A stretch of DNA of 64,000 nucleotides, from assembly GCA_964572255.1 (NCBI GenBank), contig CAZNEE010000002.1, positions 36,103-100,102 on the forward strand. The letters run 5' to 3'. Shown here piece by piece: positions 38,624 to 48,775 of this stretch (the first letter of the stretch is position 1; every line of letters starts with the position of its first letter). The translations under genes were made by a program, and so were the position numbers. Origin of the DNA: an uncultured Planctomycetia bacterium. GTDB taxonomy: Bacteria > Omnitrophota > Gorgyraeia > Tantalellales > Tantalellaceae. The notes below the pieces were generated by a model, which saw only the letters and a list, made by a program, of their open reading frames with translations, had not been told where the DNA came from and made no database searches.

Positions 38624-39172
38624 TTATTTATGCTTTTCCGAAACACTTATATATCCTTTTGGGATATATTTAGTAAGAAAAAGTTTGCCTTCTTTATAAA
38701 AAACTATTCCCTCGGAAGCCGCTTTTCGCGCCATGATCCGGAGTATAACAGGTTCTTCCGTGTGCCTCGACCCTACGGCGTAAGCGTCTTGTTCATTTAC
38801 GCTTAAATGGACGAACTGCCTGTCCATGGGACTCAACCCTTCTTCGATGATCTTCCCGGCGCTTTCTTTTGATGTGCCGTGATAAAGTATCTCCGGCGGC
38901 TCTACGCTTTCCGATCTTGGAACAACATTGATAGAATGCCCGTAAGTCGCCCTTATCCTGCTTCCTGAGATCTCAAAGCGCCCTTTAGGGTCGTCCTTTA
39001 CCAATTCAAAAAGATCTTCCTTCTTAAAATTTTTAAAGCGGGGCTTAAGGATGTTTATAACAGAATCGACTTCCGCGTACCCATTTTTATCAATGGACAA
39101 ATCGTACTTATCCGGCGAATGCCGTAATATGAACGATAAAAACTTGCTGAGCCTGATCCTGTAAACTCCCAT
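38624..39172 (-). CDS. kptA: RNA 2'-phosphotransferase (KptA/Tpt1)
   Basis: LSFILRH, RATYGHS, YHGT, RQFVHLS. Confidence 0.92.
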   Translation of the reverse strand: MGVYRIRLSKFLSFILRHSPDKYDLSIDKNGYAEVDSVINILKPRFKNFKKEDLFELVKDDPKGRFEISGSRIRATYGHSINVVPRSESVEPPEILYHGTSKESAGKIIEEGLSPMDRQFVHLSVNEQDAYAVGSRHTEEPVILRIMARKAASEGIVFYKEGKLFLTKYIPKGYISVSEKHK

Positions 39173-39212
39173 AAGTAAATTTGAAGATGATGCGGGTCGG
39201 AACGAAGTTTAC

Positions 39213-40388
39213 CTATTCTGCCTTAACATTTGTTTCTTGGTCCTTTAACGCTTCCTCAAGCTGCTCTTTTGTCAAATATCCCAGCTCTTTGAGAGCCTCA
39301 CCTACAGTAATGCCTTTCTTCCAATGTATTTTTAACGCTTCATCGAGCTGATGGGTCGTGATCATCTTCTTTTTAAGAAGTATCTGCCCGATCGGCTGAT
39401 AATAATCGAACATCTCTTCTTCGACCTGAAAACGCTGTAATTTCAGCGCTTCATCGTCCGTGACCGCGCGCCTATCGGCCATGTACTTGCTCCCGGGCAT
39501 CGTTTTGAGATATTTTTTCACCTCGGCGATGCTCTCGTTTATTTCAATGATGTTCTTATATTCACAAAGCTCATTTTGTATAACAAGGGCTACCGTAACG
39601 CTCATGAGAGGATGTTTCTTCATTTTGCGTGCTCTGTCTTCCGCCTTGATAAAACCCCTCATCCTCTCTTCTTTCGAATAATAAAACGGGATCACCGTAT
39701 CGAACATACATATAAAACTTCGGCATATTTGCTGGTACCTTTCGGGCGAGGTAATGAAAACAAAGTCATCCCCACCGATATGGCCTATGAAATCGCTTTT
39801 CTCGCCGCATCCTCTTACTGCCGTGGACAGCATATGAGCTGTCTGCATTATCACCCTGTCGCCCTGCAAATAACCAAATACATCATTGAAAGATTTGAAA
39901 TTATCTATATCCGCATGTCCTACCACGAACGGCTTCTTCTCATCTATCCTTTCTTTCAATACCTCTTCGATAAGTTTGCCCCCGGGAAGACCGGTCAGCG
40001 GGCTTGCGTAAAAACAGTATTTCGACCTTTTTGCCGCCATTTCTATTCTTACCCTTAGGTCCAGAACATCCACCGGTTTAAGCAGGTAATCATCGATCCC
40101 GTGTTTCAGGTCAAGAAGCTTCTTCAGTATATCGCTATGGGCAATGATCGTGATCACGGGAATATGCGCCGTGATAAAATCATGTTTAAGTAAACGGCAT
40201 ATCTCGAAGCGCTTTTCTTCCCCGGCTTCAACATCAACAACAATGATATCCGGGGATATTTTAATGATCTTCTTCTGGTCGGGTTCCGTGAAACTTTCAA
40301 AAATGGTATGATATCCCCATTTTTCAAGATGCGGAAAGATGCTTTCCTTCAATTTTTCATCTGAGGATACAAGTAGGATTCGTTTCAT
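39213..40388 (-). CDS. Response regulator with GGDDF-variant GGDEF domain and C-terminal MshEN-like repeat
   Basis: REC (IVVDV, DDYLLKP); DIDNFKSFND, GHIGGDDF; IGQILL...QLDEAL...VGEAL..LGYLT.EQLEEAL..Q. Confidence 0.85.
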   Translation of the reverse strand: MKRILLVSSDEKLKESIFPHLEKWGYHTIFESFTEPDQKKIIKISPDIIVVDVEAGEEKRFEICRLLKHDFITAHIPVITIIAHSDILKKLLDLKHGIDDYLLKPVDVLDLRVRIEMAAKRSKYCFYASPLTGLPGGKLIEEVLKERIDEKKPFVVGHADIDNFKSFNDVFGYLQGDRVIMQTAHMLSTAVRGCGEKSDFIGHIGGDDFVFITSPERYQQICRSFICMFDTVIPFYYSKEERMRGFIKAEDRARKMKKHPLMSVTVALVIQNELCEYKNIIEINESIAEVKKYLKTMPGSKYMADRRAVTDDEALKLQRFQVEEEMFDYYQPIGQILLKKKMITTHQLDEALKIHWKKGITVGEALKELGYLTKEQLEEALKDQETNVKAE

Positions 40389-40395
40389 TAAATAT

Positions 40396-40424
40396 ATTAT
40401 AGACTATAAATCCTGATATGACAA
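40396..40424 (-). promoter_or_regulatory. Sigma70-type promoter, probably giving a leaderless mRNA
   Basis: TTGTCA-17 nt-TATAAT; -10 ends 7 nt before ATG 40388; no SD sequence. Confidence 0.65.
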
Positions 40425-40442
40425 ATAGAGAGAGCATTGTTG

Positions 40443-40533
40443 TGCATTTAAGGGCTATGCAGACTTCCGTACAGGGAGGATCCACACCGGGCGGAGGGGC
40501 CCTGGTAGGAAGTATGCATAGCCCTTTATTGCA
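40443..40533. other. About 90-nt imperfect rod-like hairpin (candidate ncRNA)
   Basis: AAGGGCTATGCA.ACTTCC...CAGGG pairs with CCCTG...GGAAGT.TGCATAGCCCTT; GC-rich within an AT-rich intergenic region. Confidence 0.55.
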
Positions 40534-40584
40534 GGATCATTCCTGGGAAAATATACATATCTCTTTATTGCGAAATAAGCGTCT

Positions 40585-41211
40585 TTATTGACCAAGCACA
40601 AGTTTAATAAAAAGAAGCACCAGGCTCATCATTAAACGTATGACCGGATCCAATAAACCGGTAAAAAGAAGGACTATAAGTATAGGAATTCCGTAAGGTT
40701 CCAGGCGCATGATAGGCACCTGAGCCCTTTTGGGCAAAAAGCCCATAAGTAATTTTGACCCGTCCAGGGGCGGTATCGGAATGAGATTGAACGCTCCGAG
40801 AATGATATTTATCCTTGCCACGATCAAAAGTATCGATGAAATGAAAGGATTCGCGTGAGCAAACTGGAACTGCATCAGAAAAAGCGCTATTGTGGCGATA
40901 ATGATATTCACAAAACATCCCGCGAATGACACGACTATAAGCGCCGGACGAAAAGGCCGCAGTCTCAGGAAGTTCACGGGAACAGGTTTTGCCCAGCCGA
41001 AACCTATGATAAACACCATAAGAGTTCCCACGGGATCGATGTGTCTGAAGGGATTAAGCGTCAGCCGGCCGGCCCGTTTGGCGGTATCGTCGCCGAAAAA
41101 ATACGCCGCAACACCGTGAGCCATTTCATGCGCTATCACAGAATAGATCAAAAGCGCGCTTAAGGTAAAGAACGCTACAGGATTTTTAAAAAGAAGCTGG
41201 ATAAGTCCCAT
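40585..41211 (-). CDS. Site-2 protease (M50)
   Basis: HEMAH and NLIPIPPLDG; start at ATG 41211. Confidence 0.92.
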   Translation of the reverse strand: MGLIQLLFKNPVAFFTLSALLIYSVIAHEMAHGVAAYFFGDDTAKRAGRLTLNPFRHIDPVGTLMVFIIGFGWAKPVPVNFLRLRPFRPALIVVSFAGCFVNIIIATIALFLMQFQFAHANPFISSILLIVARINIILGAFNLIPIPPLDGSKLLMGFLPKRAQVPIMRLEPYGIPILIVLLFTGLLDPVIRLMMSLVLLFIKLVLGQ

Positions 41212-41213
41212 GA

Positions 41214-42470
41214 TCAGATTTTTTTGTTTTGACGGGCAACTCCCTCTTTTACGGCAGCTTCCGCGACAGCTTTTCCCTCCCACTCTTTTATTCTGGGGTC
41301 AAAAGGTGTCGGTATCAGATACTCCGGACCGAACTCGAAATTTCTGCCGTAAGCGTCTTTTACTTTTTTCGGGACATTGCCTTCCCTGGCAAGATTCGCC
41401 AAGCCTTCGGCCGCCGCTATCTTCATGCCCATGGTTATGGTGTGTGCACGCACATCCAATGCCCCCCTGAAAATGAACGGGAACCCAAGGACATTGTTCA
41501 CCTGGTTCGGGTAATCGGATCTGCCGGTTGCCATTACATACCTGCGCCCCTTCATGCACTCGTGGACTTTCTCAGGGCTTATCTCCGGTACCGGATTTGC
41601 CATCGCGAAAATAGCGGGATATTCCGCCATGGACAGGACCATCTCCGGCGTTACACAATCCGCTACCGATACGCCGATAAAAACATTCGCGCCTTTCATG
41701 GCATCCGTAAGAGTCCTTTTTTTTGTGCGGGCGGCATGTTTACGTTTATGCCCGTTAATGCCGTCTCTATCGGAATGGATAACGCCTTTTGAATCGCAAA
41801 TTATCACGTCTTGCGCGCCTTCAGCTTTTATCATGTCCGCTATCCTGAGTCCCGCCGCCCCCGCGCCATTGATGACAACAGAAAGGTCTCGGGCTTTTTT
41901 CCCGATAAGAACGCAATAATTTTTCAAAGCCGCAAGTGTGATTATTGCCGTCCCCCACTGATCATCATGAAATACGGGTATATCAAGGATCTCGTCTAAA
42001 CGATCCTCTATCTGGAAACACGCAGGAGCCGCGATATCTTCCAAATTGATGCCGCCGTACATGCAGGCGATCTTTACCGTGGCGTCTATAAATTTGTCCA
42101 CATCGGTGCGGCCGTCTTTATTCAACACTCCCTCTATGGGAACAGGCCACGCATCAACCCCCGCAAATGCCTTGAAAAGAACGGCTTTACCCTCCATAAC
42201 GGGTATCGCCGCTTTAGCGCCGATATTGCCCAGCCCGAGAACAGCAGTTCCATCCGTGACTACAGCGACAAGATTGCCCTTAGCGGTAAGAGACCAGACC
42301 TTATCTTCATCCTCCTGTATTTCCCTGCATATCTTAGCCACCTCAGGAGTATACGCGGTGCTTAGATCTTTCTGGGTCTCTAATTTCTTGCGGAGCTCTA
42401 ACCCGACCTTTCCGCCAAGATGATACCGGAGGACTTCCTCTTTTGTGATCGTGAATTTTTTGTCCGACAT
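41214..42470 (-). CDS. Short-type malic enzyme (no PTA domain)
   Basis: TDGTAVLGLGNIG, NLEDI, FHDDQ, GAGAAG, ATGRSDYPNQVNN. Confidence 0.92.
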   Translation of the reverse strand: MSDKKFTITKEEVLRYHLGGKVGLELRKKLETQKDLSTAYTPEVAKICREIQEDEDKVWSLTAKGNLVAVVTDGTAVLGLGNIGAKAAIPVMEGKAVLFKAFAGVDAWPVPIEGVLNKDGRTDVDKFIDATVKIACMYGGINLEDIAAPACFQIEDRLDEILDIPVFHDDQWGTAIITLAALKNYCVLIGKKARDLSVVINGAGAAGLRIADMIKAEGAQDVIICDSKGVIHSDRDGINGHKRKHAARTKKRTLTDAMKGANVFIGVSVADCVTPEMVLSMAEYPAIFAMANPVPEISPEKVHECMKGRRYVMATGRSDYPNQVNNVLGFPFIFRGALDVRAHTITMGMKIAAAEGLANLAREGNVPKKVKDAYGRNFEFGPEYLIPTPFDPRIKEWEGKAVAEAAVKEGVARQNKKI

Positions 42471-42495
42471 CTTTATCTCTGCCTGATATTGTTTT

Positions 42496-42759
42496 TTATC
42501 TATACGCGCAACGCGGTCTTAATGAACCTTTGGCGATATGTTCACGTATCGATACGCACTGAAATTCTTTCCCCGAAACGGTCTTTTGCGGGCCTAACCT
42601 GTTTTTGTAATCTTCGCAAAAATAAGTTCCATCTTCCAGTTTGATAAGATTCCGGCAGGGGTCGTCATAAGCGCCGCAGCAATCCCCGCATCTGGTGCAA
42701 AGCGATTCGAAGTTCTCTTCTTTCCGGTGCAAATAAGTTTCGTACTTTACAGATCCCAT
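42496..42759 (-). CDS. Small Cys-cluster protein (YkgJ/CxxCxxCC)
   Basis: CTRCGDCC plus further Cys residues. Confidence 0.7.
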   Translation of the reverse strand: MGSVKYETYLHRKEENFESLCTRCGDCCGAYDDPCRNLIKLEDGTYFCEDYKNRLGPQKTVSGKEFQCVSIREHIAKGSLRPRCAYR

Positions 42760-42796
42760 ATTTTGGCCTATTTTTTCGGTTTTATCCAGCTTGCAG

Positions 42797-42829
42797 AAAA
42801 AAGGGCCAGAACCCCTTGCTCTGCCCCTT
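42797..42829 (-). terminator. Intrinsic terminator ending the purine operon
   Basis: AGGGGCAGAGC-loop-GTTCTGGCCCT followed by a T-run. Confidence 0.6.
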
Positions 42830-42852
42830 CTCTTATAAACTATCCTCTTTTA

Positions 42853-43074
42853 TCATTTCCTTTTAATAAGCTCTCTCACGATATATCCGACAAAAACGAT
42901 TATGTAGAAGATCAATAGAAGAAATAAAACAGCGACAATGAACGAAAGCACTATTGAGCTGATGCCGACGATCACAGGCCATGTTAATAAAATAATGCCG
43001 AATATGATCAAAGAAAGAAATATTACTACGAGTCCTGTTAAAAAGTTTTTTAGTGTGTCCATTTTATCCCTCAT
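42853..43074 (-). CDS. Small two-helix membrane protein
   Basis: Very hydrophobic 73-aa ORF in operon context. Confidence 0.6.
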   Translation of the reverse strand: MRDKMDTLKNFLTGLVVIFLSLIIFGIILLTWPVIVGISSIVLSFIVAVLFLLLIFYIIVFVGYIVRELIKRK

Positions 43075-43080
43075 TTAGGT

Positions 43081-43464
43081 TTAAGAACCTGAGACCAGCG
43101 CCTTGATCTGATCTTGCGTCATATCCTTTTTACGCAGAAAAGCTACGCCTATATCATAGGATTGACCGGGTTCGCCTTCCGCGATCCTTACGACCTTGCC
43201 AAAAATACCGCCTTCATGTATTACAAGATCATTCTCTATCTCGCTGCATATGCTCATCATCTTGGGGTCGAGTTCTATCCAGATAATGCTGGATAAAGCC
43301 GGCGGCAGACTTGTTGTTCTGAACATGATGCCGCACGCGCTGACATTTTTGGTAATGACTTCACTTTTTTGCGCGAGTTTATCGCCTTTAAGTTCCTTGA
43401 AATTCAGGCTCTTCTCGTAATCCACTCTTAAAAACTCGCGTCTTTCTTCAAATTCGGCATGCAT
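43081..43464 (-). CDS. PilZ-domain protein
   Basis: RREFLR (RxxxR) and NVSACG (D/NxSxxG); start uncertain (43464 or 43497). Confidence 0.8.
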   Translation of the reverse strand: MHAEFEERREFLRVDYEKSLNFKELKGDKLAQKSEVITKNVSACGIMFRTTSLPPALSSIIWIELDPKMMSICSEIENDLVIHEGGIFGKVVRIAEGEPGQSYDIGVAFLRKKDMTQDQIKALVSGS

Positions 43465-43499
43465 ATTTAGTTCCTTTCTTTTTTTATTACCAGACAATA

Positions 43500-44339
43500 T
43501 TATAGATTATTTCTGGCAAAATTTACACCATTTTCGAAAATTTTAAGTCCGATCCCCATACCTTTAGCATCCGGCGAATAACGGCGCCAGTTTGGATGCT
43601 GGAGATATGTGATGTGTCTTTCCGGATGAGGCATCATGCCCAATATTCTGCCGGTCCTGTCGCATATACCTGCGATGTCATATACGGAACCGTTCGGATT
43701 TTCCGGATATTCCGCCCTCTCCCCGTCTTTATTACAATACCTGAACACGATATGTCCGTTATCTTTTAGCGATTTCAAAACCGATGCATCCTTGGGGATA
43801 AACTTGCCTTCCGCATGGGCTACCGGTATATATATGACCTCCGGAAGGCTGCGTGTCCAGACACATTTTTGTGAAGCCGTTTCCAGCACTTCGTGCTCTG
43901 AAACAGCTTCGATCGGGTTTGTCTTAAGGTAAACCCAACGGTCTTCGAACTTTCCTGAATCATTTAAACTCAGCGTTGAATTCACTTCAAAATCTACTTT
44001 TTTCCCCATCCCCGGCAGGAGCCCCATCTTGACAAGTACCTGGAATCCGTTGCATATACCGATTATCAGCTTGCCCTGACGTATAAACTTTTTAAGGCTC
44101 CCTCCCATGCTGTGCTTTATTTCATTTGCCAGTATCTTGCCGCTTGCTATGTCATCACCGTAGGTGAAACCTCCGGGGATCGCGATTATGTGATACTTTA
44201 AGATCTCTTCCGGCTTTTTTATGAGACTATTTACGTGCACAAGATCCGCTTCCGACCCGGCTTTTGTGAAAGCAAAGGCCGTCTCTTTATCGCAGTTAGT
44301 TCCCGCTGTCCTTAAAATAAGCGTTTTAACCTTCTTCAT
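43500..44339 (-). CDS. purQ: FGAM synthase glutaminase subunit
   Basis: GTNCD, PGGFTYGD, GICNGFQ, MMPHPER. Confidence 0.95.
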   Translation of the reverse strand: MKKVKTLILRTAGTNCDKETAFAFTKAGSEADLVHVNSLIKKPEEILKYHIIAIPGGFTYGDDIASGKILANEIKHSMGGSLKKFIRQGKLIIGICNGFQVLVKMGLLPGMGKKVDFEVNSTLSLNDSGKFEDRWVYLKTNPIEAVSEHEVLETASQKCVWTRSLPEVIYIPVAHAEGKFIPKDASVLKSLKDNGHIVFRYCNKDGERAEYPENPNGSVYDIAGICDRTGRILGMMPHPERHITYLQHPNWRRYSPDAKGMGIGLKIFENGVNFARNNL

Positions 44340-47208
44340 GCATTACCTTGCTGATAGGTTTCTTCCAGTTCGCTTTTAAAGTGTTTATATCGGTATCGAT
44401 TATTTTATTCCCTTTGAGCCCTTTTATGACTATCTTATTGTTCTCTTTGACGCTTCCGATCAACCCGAAAGGAATATCTTTCATGCATCTTTCAAACGCT
44501 TTCTGCTTATCTTTTGAAAGTTCAACAATGAATCTTGAATTTGATTCAGAAAAAAGAATAACGTCACTGCGTTTTATTGATCTCTCTTTAGGCGCATTTT
44601 TTAATTCCACTTCCGCGCCAAGCCCTCCGGAAAAACACATTTCCGCTAAGCTGACCGCAATACCTCCTTCAGAACAATCATGCGCGGACCTTACCAGGCC
44701 GCGTTTCATCGCCGAGGTGAGTTTTTTCATGAGCTTTATGGATTGGATCGGATCAACTCTCGGCACAACGCCGCCCTTTGCCCCATTGGTAAGATAGTAT
44801 TGAGACCCGCCCAACTCCTGGCGCGTTTTGCCTATAACATATATTAAGTTGCCTGCCTCCTTCATATCGGAAGAGACCGTTTTAGAAACATCATCAATAA
44901 CGCCTATGGCCGATATCAAAAGTGTTGAAGGGATGGAAACTGTTCTCTTGCCCATATTGAATTCGTTATTGAGACTGTCTTTACCGGAAATAAAAGGCGT
45001 TTTATACACCTTGGCTATATCGTAACAAGCCTGGGATGCGCGGACCAGTTTGCCTAATTGATCTTCTTTTTCGGTATTCCCCCAGCAGAAGTTATCCAAT
45101 AAGGCCACTTTATCGAGATCACCGCCTACAGCGGCGATCTGGCGCATTGCTTCGTCTATTGCGCTTGCCGCCATCCAGTAAGGGTCAATATCCCCGTAAC
45201 ATGGATTTATGCCGTTGGAAAGGACTATGCCTTTTTTGCTGTCCAGGATCGGGCGTGTGATCGATGCGTCCGAAGGTCCGTCATTATTCACACCTATAAG
45301 CGGTTTCAGGACACTGCCGCCCTGGACTTCATGGTCATACTGCCTGATGATCCATTCCTTACTGCAGACATTCCAGCTTGAAATGATCTTTACAAGATCC
45401 TTCGTAAGGTCCCTCTTTTCTTTAAACGGGACTTTTTTGTTTTCTTTCTTCGTCTTCCACACGGCCTTTCGTGTTATGCGCGGCAGGCCGTCGTGCACGA
45501 AAGACATATCAAGATCCGCTACTTTGTGTTTTCTGTAATAAAGTTTCAATTTTTTATCATTTGTAAATTTACCTATAACTGTCGCCTCGACATCTTCGCT
45601 TTTAAAAATGTTCATCAGGCGTTTGAGGTTTTTAGGTTTGACCGCCAGCACCATTCTCTCCTGGGCTTCGGAAACCCATATCTCCCACGGTTTTAACCCT
45701 TCGTATTTTAAAGGAGCTTTTTCAAGATAGACTTCAGCGCCTGTTTTCTCTCCCATCTCTCCGACCGCGCTTGAAAACCCGCCCGCACCGCAATCTGTTA
45801 TGGCCGCGTAAAGATCGAGATCGCGCGCCTTGAGCAAAGTATCCACGACTTTTTTCTCTGTTATGGGGTTGCCGATCTGGACAGCGGTCGATGATATCGT
45901 TTCCGATTCGAACGTGAGCTCGGCAGATGAAAAAGTCGCGCCGTGGATACCGTCCCGGCCTGTTTTTCCGCCGACCGCGACTATGAGATCTCCCGGAGAT
46001 ACTTTTTTGAATGAATATTTTGAAGGCATTATACCGACATTCCCGCAGAAAACCAGCGGATTGCCGGTGTACCTCTCGTCAAAACATACCGCGCCATTAA
46101 CCGTGGGTATGCCCATCTTATTCCCATAATCGCGCACGCCGCTTACAACGCCTTTCATCACCCTTTTCGGATGAAGCGCGCCTGTGGGGACTTTCGACCT
46201 CGGCATATCCGGCATGCCGAAACAAAAAATATCGGTGTTGATGATGGGTTTCGCGCCGCGTCCGGTGCCTAACGGGTCGCGTATGACCCCGCCGATGCCT
46301 GTCTCCGCGCCGCCGTAAGGCTCTAGCGCTGACGGATGATTGTGCGTCTCGACCTTAAAACAAATGTTATGTTTTGGATCGAACTTTATTACACCCGCGT
46401 TGTCTTTAAAGACCGACACGCACCACGGTTTTTTTAGGTCGCGGGTAACTTTCATTACGGTCTCTTTAAGAAGATTTTTTATCCTCTTTCCGTTATAGTT
46501 GATCGCTCCCATCATCGTCTTGTGCTTGCAATGCTCGCTCCAGGTCTGGGCGAGTGTTTCAAGTTCGCATTCTGTGGGATTCCTCTTTAATTTCTTAAAA
46601 TAGGCCTTTATCGCCTTCATCTCTTTGAGGCTCAGATACAACTGGCCTTCTTTGCTTAATCTCTTAAGTTTTTTGTCGCCCGCATTGATGAGATCGATCT
46701 CGACCGGACGGAATTTATACGCTTGGAGTTCCTTCTTCTTCTCAGTATGAACAACCACGTGCTGTATCAACTTGTTGTAAAGAAGTTTATCTGTTATGGT
46801 GCCCACTTCTTTCTTGGTGAGTTTGCCGAAAAGAACATATTTTTTAGAAGTACTGACGGAGCTGACGGTATGGATGCCTATATCCCGGATAGATTTCATG
46901 GTACTTTCTTCGACCGGATCCATAACACCGGGATTATACGCGATCTCGACAACATGCATGTTCTTATTGTGCTTTGTCCTAAATCCCCCGGCATGACTGT
47001 TCTCTTGGGATACCTTGTCAGTTAAGACAATATCAGCTACACGCTTCAATTCCTCGCTAGAAAAGACTCCGCCAAGAGTATATACCTGGATATACTCAAC
47101 GTCTTTAACAGTCTTTATCCCGAGGTCAAGGATATCTTTCTTGAGACCTTCAGCAACTGAATCGTAAATATTTTCTTTATCTTTTACTTCGACTCTTTTG
47201 TAGTACAT
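44326..47208 (-). CDS. purL: FGAM synthase PurL with fused N-terminal PurS-like domains
   Basis: WSEHCKH, ETHNHPS, DCGAGG, SEAQERM, QYDHEV. Confidence 0.95.
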   Translation of the reverse strand: MYYKRVEVKDKENIYDSVAEGLKKDILDLGIKTVKDVEYIQVYTLGGVFSSEELKRVADIVLTDKVSQENSHAGGFRTKHNKNMHVVEIAYNPGVMDPVEESTMKSIRDIGIHTVSSVSTSKKYVLFGKLTKKEVGTITDKLLYNKLIQHVVVHTEKKKELQAYKFRPVEIDLINAGDKKLKRLSKEGQLYLSLKEMKAIKAYFKKLKRNPTECELETLAQTWSEHCKHKTMMGAINYNGKRIKNLLKETVMKVTRDLKKPWCVSVFKDNAGVIKFDPKHNICFKVETHNHPSALEPYGGAETGIGGVIRDPLGTGRGAKPIINTDIFCFGMPDMPRSKVPTGALHPKRVMKGVVSGVRDYGNKMGIPTVNGAVCFDERYTGNPLVFCGNVGIMPSKYSFKKVSPGDLIVAVGGKTGRDGIHGATFSSAELTFESETISSTAVQIGNPITEKKVVDTLLKARDLDLYAAITDCGAGGFSSAVGEMGEKTGAEVYLEKAPLKYEGLKPWEIWVSEAQERMVLAVKPKNLKRLMNIFKSEDVEATVIGKFTNDKKLKLYYRKHKVADLDMSFVHDGLPRITRKAVWKTKKENKKVPFKEKRDLTKDLVKIISSWNVCSKEWIIRQYDHEVQGGSVLKPLIGVNNDGPSDASITRPILDSKKGIVLSNGINPCYGDIDPYWMAASAIDEAMRQIAAVGGDLDKVALLDNFCWGNTEKEDQLGKLVRASQACYDIAKVYKTPFISGKDSLNNEFNMGKRTVSIPSTLLISAIGVIDDVSKTVSSDMKEAGNLIYVIGKTRQELGGSQYYLTNGAKGGVVPRVDPIQSIKLMKKLTSAMKRGLVRSAHDCSEGGIAVSLAEMCFSGGLGAEVELKNAPKERSIKRSDVILFSESNSRFIVELSKDKQKAFERCMKDIPFGLIGSVKENNKIVIKGLKGNKIIDTDINTLKANWKKPISKVMHEEG

Positions 47209-47209
47209 A

Positions 47210-48775
47210 TTATTCCCATTCTATAGTGCTGGGGGGTTTAGAGCTGATATCAAAGACCACGCGGTTAACGCCTTCGACCTGGTTGATGATCTTGTTGGAG
47301 ATCTCTCCAAGCACATCATAAGGGATCTTCGCCCAATCTGCCGTCATGCCGTCAACGCTGGTCACGGCGCGCAGGACCGCGGTATTTTCGTACGTCCTGG
47401 CGTCACCCATAACCCCGACACTTTTTACCGGAAGAAGCACGCCGAACATTTGCCAGGTCTTGCTGTAGATCCCGCGTTTTTTTGCGACATCAATTATTAT
47501 CCAGTCAACTTCCCTTAATATATCAAGGTTCTCCTTTGTAGCCGCGCCCAATAATCTTACCGCAAGCCCGGGGCCCGGAAAAGGATGACGTTGGGTGACT
47601 TCGTCTGCAAGGCCTAGTTCTTTCCCTACTTGACGCACCTCATCCTTGAAAAGATCCCTCAAAGGTTCCACGAGTTTAAGCCCCATCTTTTTCGGAAGGC
47701 CGCCGACATTATGGTGAGATTTTATCGTCTTGCTCGGACCGCCAAAAAAGGATCGCGACTCGATAACATCCGGGTATAATGTGCCTTGGGCGAGAAATTT
47801 CACTCCTCTTATGCTTTTTGCCGCTTCTTCAAATACTTCTATAAAAACCCTGCCTATGATCTTTCTTTTCTTCTCGGGATCAATCACGCCTTTAAGCTCC
47901 CTTAAAAACTTTTTCTCAGCATCCACTATTTTCAGATCAAGTTTTATGTTCTTTACAAAAAGCTTCCTGACCCTTTCCGCTTCGTTTTTGCGGAGAAGTC
48001 CATTATTGACAAAGATGCAGTGCAGTCTCCTTCCGAGAGCTCTACTTAAGAGGACTGCGGCAACCGTGGAATCCACCCCACCGGAAAGACCGAGTATCAC
48101 ATCATTATCCCCCACCTGCTCTTTTATATCCCTTACCTTGCGTTCGATAAAGGACTTCATTGTCCATGTTCTCTTGCACCTGCAAATATCAAAGAGGAAA
48201 TTCTTAAGAATCCTTCCTCCCTGTTTTGTATGAACGACTTCGGGATGGAACTGTACCCCGTAGATGTTCTTAACGGGCTCCATGAAGGCAGCGCATTTTG
48301 TATTTGAACTTTTAGCGATCGGACGAAAAGATCTTGGAAGCCTTGAGACTTTGTCCCGATGGCTCATCCAGGTGACGCTTTTAGGATCAAGCCCTTTAAA
48401 AAGAGGCGCGCGCCTGTCAAAAATCACGACCGTATGCCCGTATTCTCTCTCTCCGCTTTTAGTGATCTTACCGCCCAATATTTTACCGATAAGCTGCATT
48501 CCATAACATATACCGAGTATCGGCAGGCCGAGATCGAAAATTCTCTTATCAAAACTGGGAGCGCCTTTATCATAAACACTGGAGGGACCGCCTGAAAATA
48601 TTATCCCGGAAGGATTTATTTTTTTTATTTTTTCCACCGAAACGGACGGCGGCATGACTATAGAGTGGACCTTGTTCTCCCTTATGCGCCTGGCTATAAG
48701 CTGAACATATTGAGAACCGAAATCTATTATAAGGATGCCTTCTTTTTCTTTATTTATTTTTGATAGCTTTGCCAT
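47210..48775 (-). CDS. guaA: GMP synthase
   Basis: DFGSQY, GICYGMQ, FHPEV, SGGVDS, IKSHHNVGG, KPPSTIEWE. Confidence 0.96.
   Translation of the reverse strand: MAKLSKINKEKEGILIIDFGSQYVQLIARRIRENKVHSIVMPPSVSVEKIKKINPSGIIFSGGPSSVYDKGAPSFDKRIFDLGLPILGICYGMQLIGKILGGKITKSGEREYGHTVVIFDRRAPLFKGLDPKSVTWMSHRDKVSRLPRSFRPIAKSSNTKCAAFMEPVKNIYGVQFHPEVVHTKQGGRILKNFLFDICRCKRTWTMKSFIERKVRDIKEQVGDNDVILGLSGGVDSTVAAVLLSRALGRRLHCIFVNNGLLRKNEAERVRKLFVKNIKLDLKIVDAEKKFLRELKGVIDPEKKRKIIGRVFIEVFEEAAKSIRGVKFLAQGTLYPDVIESRSFFGGPSKTIKSHHNVGGLPKKMGLKLVEPLRDLFKDEVRQVGKELGLADEVTQRHPFPGPGLAVRLLGAATKENLDILREVDWIIIDVAKKRGIYSKTWQMFGVLLPVKSVGVMGDARTYENTAVLRAVTSVDGMTADWAKIPYDVLGEISNKIINQVEGVNRVVFDISSKPPSTIEWE

Noticed and set aside
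38624-39172. KptA as part of a defence or RNA-repair island
   Set aside because: No rtcB, toxin or other defence genes adjacent
40443-40533. SRP (4.5S) RNA or 6S RNA
   Set aside because: Lacks the SRP CAGG-GNRA-AGCAG motif on both strands; too short and without the large central bubble of 6S
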